This document shows, one piece after another, positions 50,914 through 54,832 of a stretch of DNA of 54,832 nucleotides (position 1 is the first letter of the stretch; each line of letters starts with the position of its first letter). The stretch spans positions 1 to 54,832 of the forward strand of contig JAHJEW010000052.1 of NCBI GenBank assembly GCA_018825335.1, given 5' to 3'. The notes under the pieces were generated by a model. That model was given only the letters and a program-made list of their open reading frames with translations, was not told the origin of the DNA and did no database searches. The DNA is from Patescibacteria group bacterium. Lineage in GTDB: Bacteria > Patescibacteriota > Gracilibacteria > UBA1369. Made by a program: the position numbers and the translations under genes.

Positions 50914-51318
50914 ATGAATAATCTATTACTTTGGGGGCTGGTTATTTTTGTTCTGGTCGATTTGGTTATTGTGATTTTTGTTTTATACAAGAGACGCGGA
51001 GGTGGTTTTACGCAGCAGGAAAAGAAGCATTATATGGAGCATTGGAACAGGATAAAGTCGGATTCCGATTTGAGGCATGCGATTATGGACGCTGACAAGC
51101 TCCTGGACCAGTTGCTTCAGCGGAAGGGTTATAGCGGTAATTTAGGTGAGAAACTAAAGAAATCCGGGAAGCTTTTTACCGATTTGAACGGTGTCTGGGC
51201 CGCGCATAAACTTAGAAACCGGCTGGCGCATGAACTGGACGTAAAGGTGTCCGCGGATGAAGGTCGCAGAGCTTTAAGGCAGTTTGAACGGGCATTTTCA
51301 GATATTGGAATACTATGA
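50914..51318 (+). CDS. Hypothetical TM-anchored protein
   Basis: N-terminal TM followed by AIMDADKLLD..L...GY.G.LGEKLK and WAAHKLRNRLAHE (HEPN-like RxxxxH). Confidence 0.75.
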   Translation: MNNLLLWGLVIFVLVDLVIVIFVLYKRRGGGFTQQEKKHYMEHWNRIKSDSDLRHAIMDADKLLDQLLQRKGYSGNLGEKLKKSGKLFTDLNGVWAAHKLRNRLAHELDVKVSADEGRRALRQFERAFSDIGIL

Positions 51319-51896
51319 AAGCTAATATGAAAAAAAAAGTTTATGGTATTGCGGGATATATTGGATCGGGCAAAAGTATGGCTGGCGCATATTTTAAAGC
51401 TTTGGGTGCGGATTTTATAGATGCCGATGAGGTTGTGGATGGTCTTTACCAAAAGGGGGAGGCCGGCTATGAAAAAATTGTTCAATATTTTGGTGATAGA
51501 TTTTTAAGAAAGGATGGATCTTTGGATAGAAAAAAAATTGCGCGATTTATATTTAATGATGCCAATAAGTTAAAGATAATAAATAATTTGATTCATCCTC
51601 TGGTTACGCTTGAAATTAAAAAAAGGATAAACGCTTCCAAAGCGGAAGTAGTGTTTATTGAAGCGATTTGTTTTTTACCAACGCAGATTGGTGCGCTTGT
51701 TGACAAGATTTTATGGATTGATTGCGGGAAAAAAATATTGAAAGAGAGAGTAGAAAAAAGCGGTGGTTTAATGTTCGAAATAATTTATAAATCCCAGAAA
51801 AAACCGGGGGAAATTAACGAGGTTGTGGAAAATGTCGTAGATAAAGCAACTTTTAGGCGCGCGCTTAAAAAGGTGTGGGATAAATGGTGTGTTTAG
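51315..51896 (+). CDS. coaE: Dephospho-CoA kinase
   Basis: GIAGYIGSGKS, IDAD, LDRKKIA..IF, LIHPLV. Confidence 0.88.
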   Translation: MKANMKKKVYGIAGYIGSGKSMAGAYFKALGADFIDADEVVDGLYQKGEAGYEKIVQYFGDRFLRKDGSLDRKKIARFIFNDANKLKIINNLIHPLVTLEIKKRINASKAEVVFIEAICFLPTQIGALVDKILWIDCGKKILKERVEKSGGLMFEIIYKSQKKPGEINEVVENVVDKATFRRALKKVWDKWCV

Positions 51897-51929
51897 GTTA
51901 TTATTTAAAGGAAATAATCTCTTTTGGAA

Positions 51930-53369
51930 ATGAAAAAAGATATGTATGAAGCTGTGATCGGGCTGGAAATTCATGCTCAGATTGCACTGAAATCCAAAAT
52001 GTTTTGTTCGTGCAGCAGTGACAGTTTCGATAAGGAGCCGAATATAAATACCTGTCCAGTTTGTATGGGTTTTCCGGGGCAGCTGCCGGTCATAAACGAA
52101 GAGGCTGTTAGAAAAGGAGTGAAGGCTTCTTTGGCTTTGCACTGCGAAGTTCCGCCTTTTTCGAAGTTTGACCGCAAGAACTATTTTTATCCGGATCTGC
52201 CGAAAGGTTTTCAGATTTCGCAATACGATCAGCCTTTGGCGGTGAATGGATGGATAGAAGTGGATGCTTGCGGTACGAAGAAGAAAGTGGGAATTACGCG
52301 CCTTCATCTGGAGGACGATGCGGGTAAATTAACGCACATAGAAAATGGAACGCTTTGCGACTATAACCGCTGCGGGATCGCTTTAATGGAGATCGTGAGT
52401 GAGCCGGACATGAGATCGGCGGCGGAGGCCGGAGCTTACGCGCGGGCAATGCAGACTATTTTGCGTTATACGAATTCTTCCGATGCGGACATGGAAAAGG
52501 GGATGATGCGCTTTGACGCTAGCGTGTCCATTCGTCCGGTTGGGGATCTAAAGCTTTATCCTCGTGCTGAGATTAAGAACCTGAACTCTTTTAAGTCGCT
52601 TGAAAACGCGATTGCTTACGAAATTGAAAAGCAGACGGAAATGTGGGAGGAGGGTAAGCCCATGAATAAAGATATTACGGTGGGTTGGACGGATATTAAT
52701 GGAAAAACTTATTTTCTGCGGGATAAAGAGGGTGCGGACGATTATCGGTATTTCCCCGAACCGGATTTGCCGCCCGTGAAAATCACGGCCGATTTCATTG
52801 AAGAGCTAAGAAAAGATATTCCGGAGCTTCCCACCGAAAAGTTTGTTCGCTATACGGAGCAAATGGAGATGTCGGAGGCCGAGGCGACTCTGATTTCCGG
52901 CAATCCGGATCTGGCACGATATTTTGAGGAAGTGGCGGCTATAAGCGGAGACGACAAAAGAGCGACGACGTTTGTTTCGACGATATTAATGGCTCATCTG
53001 AAAAAGAATGTTATGGAAATTGCGGAGTGCAAAGTTACTGCACAGGCTTTGGCTGATCTTATAAAAATGGTTAATGATGGCAAAATTTCAATGAATATTG
53101 CAAAGGGAGAGGTTTTTGAAGAGATGTTCGAAAAAGGCTCCGACCCTGCGAAGATTGTTAAGGAAAAAGGTCTGGGGCAGGTGAGTGATGAAGGTGAACT
53201 TACGAAGATTTGTGAGGAAGTTATTGCGGCAAATTCGGGGTCGGTCGCGGATTATAGAGGTGGGAAGGCGCAGGCTCTGGGATTTTTGGTAGGGCAGGTT
53301 ATGAAAGAGACCAAGGGTCAGGCCAACGCGCAGATGGTGAATGATATTTTGAAAAAGTTGATTGGATAG
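51930..53369 (+). CDS. gatB: Asp/Glu-tRNA amidotransferase subunit B
   Basis: VIGLEIHAQ, FDRKNYFYPDLPKGFQISQ, HLEDDAGK, DYRYFPEPDL, GFLVGQVMK. Confidence 0.98.
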   Translation: MKKDMYEAVIGLEIHAQIALKSKMFCSCSSDSFDKEPNINTCPVCMGFPGQLPVINEEAVRKGVKASLALHCEVPPFSKFDRKNYFYPDLPKGFQISQYDQPLAVNGWIEVDACGTKKKVGITRLHLEDDAGKLTHIENGTLCDYNRCGIALMEIVSEPDMRSAAEAGAYARAMQTILRYTNSSDADMEKGMMRFDASVSIRPVGDLKLYPRAEIKNLNSFKSLENAIAYEIEKQTEMWEEGKPMNKDITVGWTDINGKTYFLRDKEGADDYRYFPEPDLPPVKITADFIEELRKDIPELPTEKFVRYTEQMEMSEAEATLISGNPDLARYFEEVAAISGDDKRATTFVSTILMAHLKKNVMEIAECKVTAQALADLIKMVNDGKISMNIAKGEVFEEMFEKGSDPAKIVKEKGLGQVSDEGELTKICEEVIAANSGSVADYRGGKAQALGFLVGQVMKETKGQANAQMVNDILKKLIG

Positions 53370-53423
53370 GGTGGCGCGTCGGCGATTTTTAAGGTAAAAT
53401 TTGGGTGTTAATAAGGTTTTTTT

Positions 53424-53855
53424 ATGGATGGACAAACTTTTATGTACTTTGCAATAGGTGGCGCGGTAATCGCGTTGGTTCTTTTTATGTGCATTGCAAT
53501 TTATTATCTGATCCGTATTTTAAGGGATTTGTCGGATGCGACTGCCAGCGTGAGGGAGACGGCGGAGACTGTTAACGATAATGTTCAGGAGCTTGCGGAT
53601 AAGGTGACTTCCACTTTGGATCAGGTTCTTAACTATTTTGTTAAGCCGTTTGCTTTGATTCACTTTTTGTCGGAAAAGCTGAAGCCTTTTATGGATATGA
53701 TCCCAAAACATAAGGAGGAGCCGGCTAAGGAAGATGAGGATGATGAGGAAGAAAAGGAGGATGATGAGGAAGAAGAAGAGAAGCCGAGGCGCAGGAAAAA
53801 AGTGAGACGTGAAAAGCGGGCCGCGAAACGGGCGGGGAAACGCGGTAAAAAGTAG
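53424..53855 (+). CDS. DUF948-like TM/coiled-coil protein with acidic-then-basic tail
   Basis: N-terminal TM, amphipathic helix, EDEDDEEEKEDDEEEEE, then a K/R-rich end. Confidence 0.6.
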   Translation: MDGQTFMYFAIGGAVIALVLFMCIAIYYLIRILRDLSDATASVRETAETVNDNVQELADKVTSTLDQVLNYFVKPFALIHFLSEKLKPFMDMIPKHKEEPAKEDEDDEEEKEDDEEEEEKPRRRKKVRREKRAAKRAGKRGKK

Positions 53856-53858
53856 AGT

Positions 53859-54725
53859 TTAATTAGGATGTTTGCCGGATTTACCGGACGCGCCGATTAC
53901 GGTCAGCGGGAATTTGATTGTGGCTCTATAAATGCGGCGGATGCGGGATGGTTGCAGGAAAAGTCGCCAGAGCCATTCCAGGCCGAGTTTTTGGAAGATA
54001 TGAGGGGCGCGCTTTACGGCGCCGGAGACGAAGTCGAAGGCGCCGCCCACGCCGATTGCCACTTTGACGGATTTTAAGTGTGCAAGATTACGCGCAAGCC
54101 ATATTTCCTGCTTCGGGGCTCCGAAAGCTACAAAGAGTATGTCCGGCTCCGCGCTATTTATAAGTTCGCGAAGATTGTAGTAGTTGTCGGGGGTAGCCGC
54201 GCCGTCGTCCGTGCCGACGATGGTGCAGTTGTATTTTTTTTCGAGTTTAACTTTGGCTTTTGCTGCTACGGTGGGCGCGGCGCCGAGCAGGAATATTCTT
54301 GCGGAGGGGATCGCTTTCTTACAGATTGACTGCATCAAATCGCTGCCAGTAACCCTTTCGGGCAAAACCCGCCGATTGTTTGGCCCGGTTCCTGAATCCG
54401 TTTTTTTCGATCTAAAAAAGATCAGCGGCAGGCTAAAAAGTCCAAGCAACACTTTAAGAATGACTGACTTAAGATTTTTTACCGTTTCAAGGTAATCGGC
54501 CGCCCAAAGTATTCCTATCCCGTCCGGAATGTTAAGGTTTGTTCCCTGAAGAATTTCGCGGAGTTCGGTGTTTTTTTGCGCTTCCAGAACCATTTCAGGA
54601 TTTGGCGTGGCTATAAAAAGCCGGCCCGCCGGATTTAGCAGTTGTTCATTGATTTTTGTGACCGCCTCATCTTCGGTGACAGGATCAAAAGGGACCCCAA
54701 GAATTTTTATTCGATGTTTGCTCAT
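53859..54725 (-). CDS. WecB/TagA/CpsF-family glycosyltransferase
   Basis: ATPNPE, PDGIG, RVTGSDL, FVAFGAPKQEIW, GVGGAFDF, GLEWLWRL..P.R..R. Confidence 0.93.
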   Translation of the reverse strand: MSKHRIKILGVPFDPVTEDEAVTKINEQLLNPAGRLFIATPNPEMVLEAQKNTELREILQGTNLNIPDGIGILWAADYLETVKNLKSVILKVLLGLFSLPLIFFRSKKTDSGTGPNNRRVLPERVTGSDLMQSICKKAIPSARIFLLGAAPTVAAKAKVKLEKKYNCTIVGTDDGAATPDNYYNLRELINSAEPDILFVAFGAPKQEIWLARNLAHLKSVKVAIGVGGAFDFVSGAVKRAPHIFQKLGLEWLWRLFLQPSRIRRIYRATIKFPLTVIGASGKSGKHPN

Positions 54726-54832
54726 GGATTAGTTTTTTTTGCTTCTATAATCATATCTTTGCCCACTTTGTAGAATTTCACAATGTTCAGTCCGGCTTTT
54801 TTTATTATGCTTTTAAGCTCTCTTTTTGTGAA
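54722..54832 (-). CDS. C-terminal fragment of a CDS, possibly a class I SAM methyltransferase
   Basis: Open frame ...FTKRELKSIIKKAGLNIVKFYKVGKDMIIEAKKTNP*. Its TGA overlaps the ATG of the TagA-like gene (ATGA). The 'ELxxxxxxAGx' pattern is typical of methyltransferase C-termini. Confidence 0.5.
   Translation of the reverse strand, partial: FTKRELKSIIKKAGLNIVKFYKVGKDMIIEAKKTNP

Overview
Chromosomal segment of a Patescibacteria (CPR) bacterium. It is most consistent with Peregrinibacteria, which is an inference from the CPR-type 16S features, standard code with TGA stops, scattered PrgI/VirB4/VirD4-like genes, and retained L9, purine and riboflavin genes. The window starts inside the left end of an IS3-family element inserted 1 bp after the CCA of tRNA-Leu(TAA). 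It contains one rRNA locus: 16S, tRNA-Ala(GGC), tRNA-Ala(TGC), tRNA-Ile, a small membrane-protein ORF, a second promoter, 23S and 5S. There are two more tRNAs and about 45 mostly housekeeping CDS (clpP, lepA, glyA, tkt, pgi, tal, purA/C/E/B, ileS, secG, rplI, pgk, ribH/E, ssb, fmt, lepB, coaE, gatB). The most unusual signals are in the rRNA locus. First, two ~125-nt nested hairpins with different stem sequences but the same internal-loop motif (GCGTC...TCCTTG) lie inside 16S helix 6 and fused to the 3' end of tRNA-Ala, suggesting a family of structured insertion elements in stable RNAs. Second, mutually exclusive terminator and antiterminator structures sit between the dedicated 23S promoter and boxA. 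Third, a protein-coding gene lies within the 16S-23S spacer. Also notable are an orphan peptide-binding protein paired with a HAMP/PP2C sensor phosphatase, a PAICS-like class II PurE coupled to purC, and a stalked adhesin-like lipoprotein. All calls come from reading the sequence; no database searches were run.
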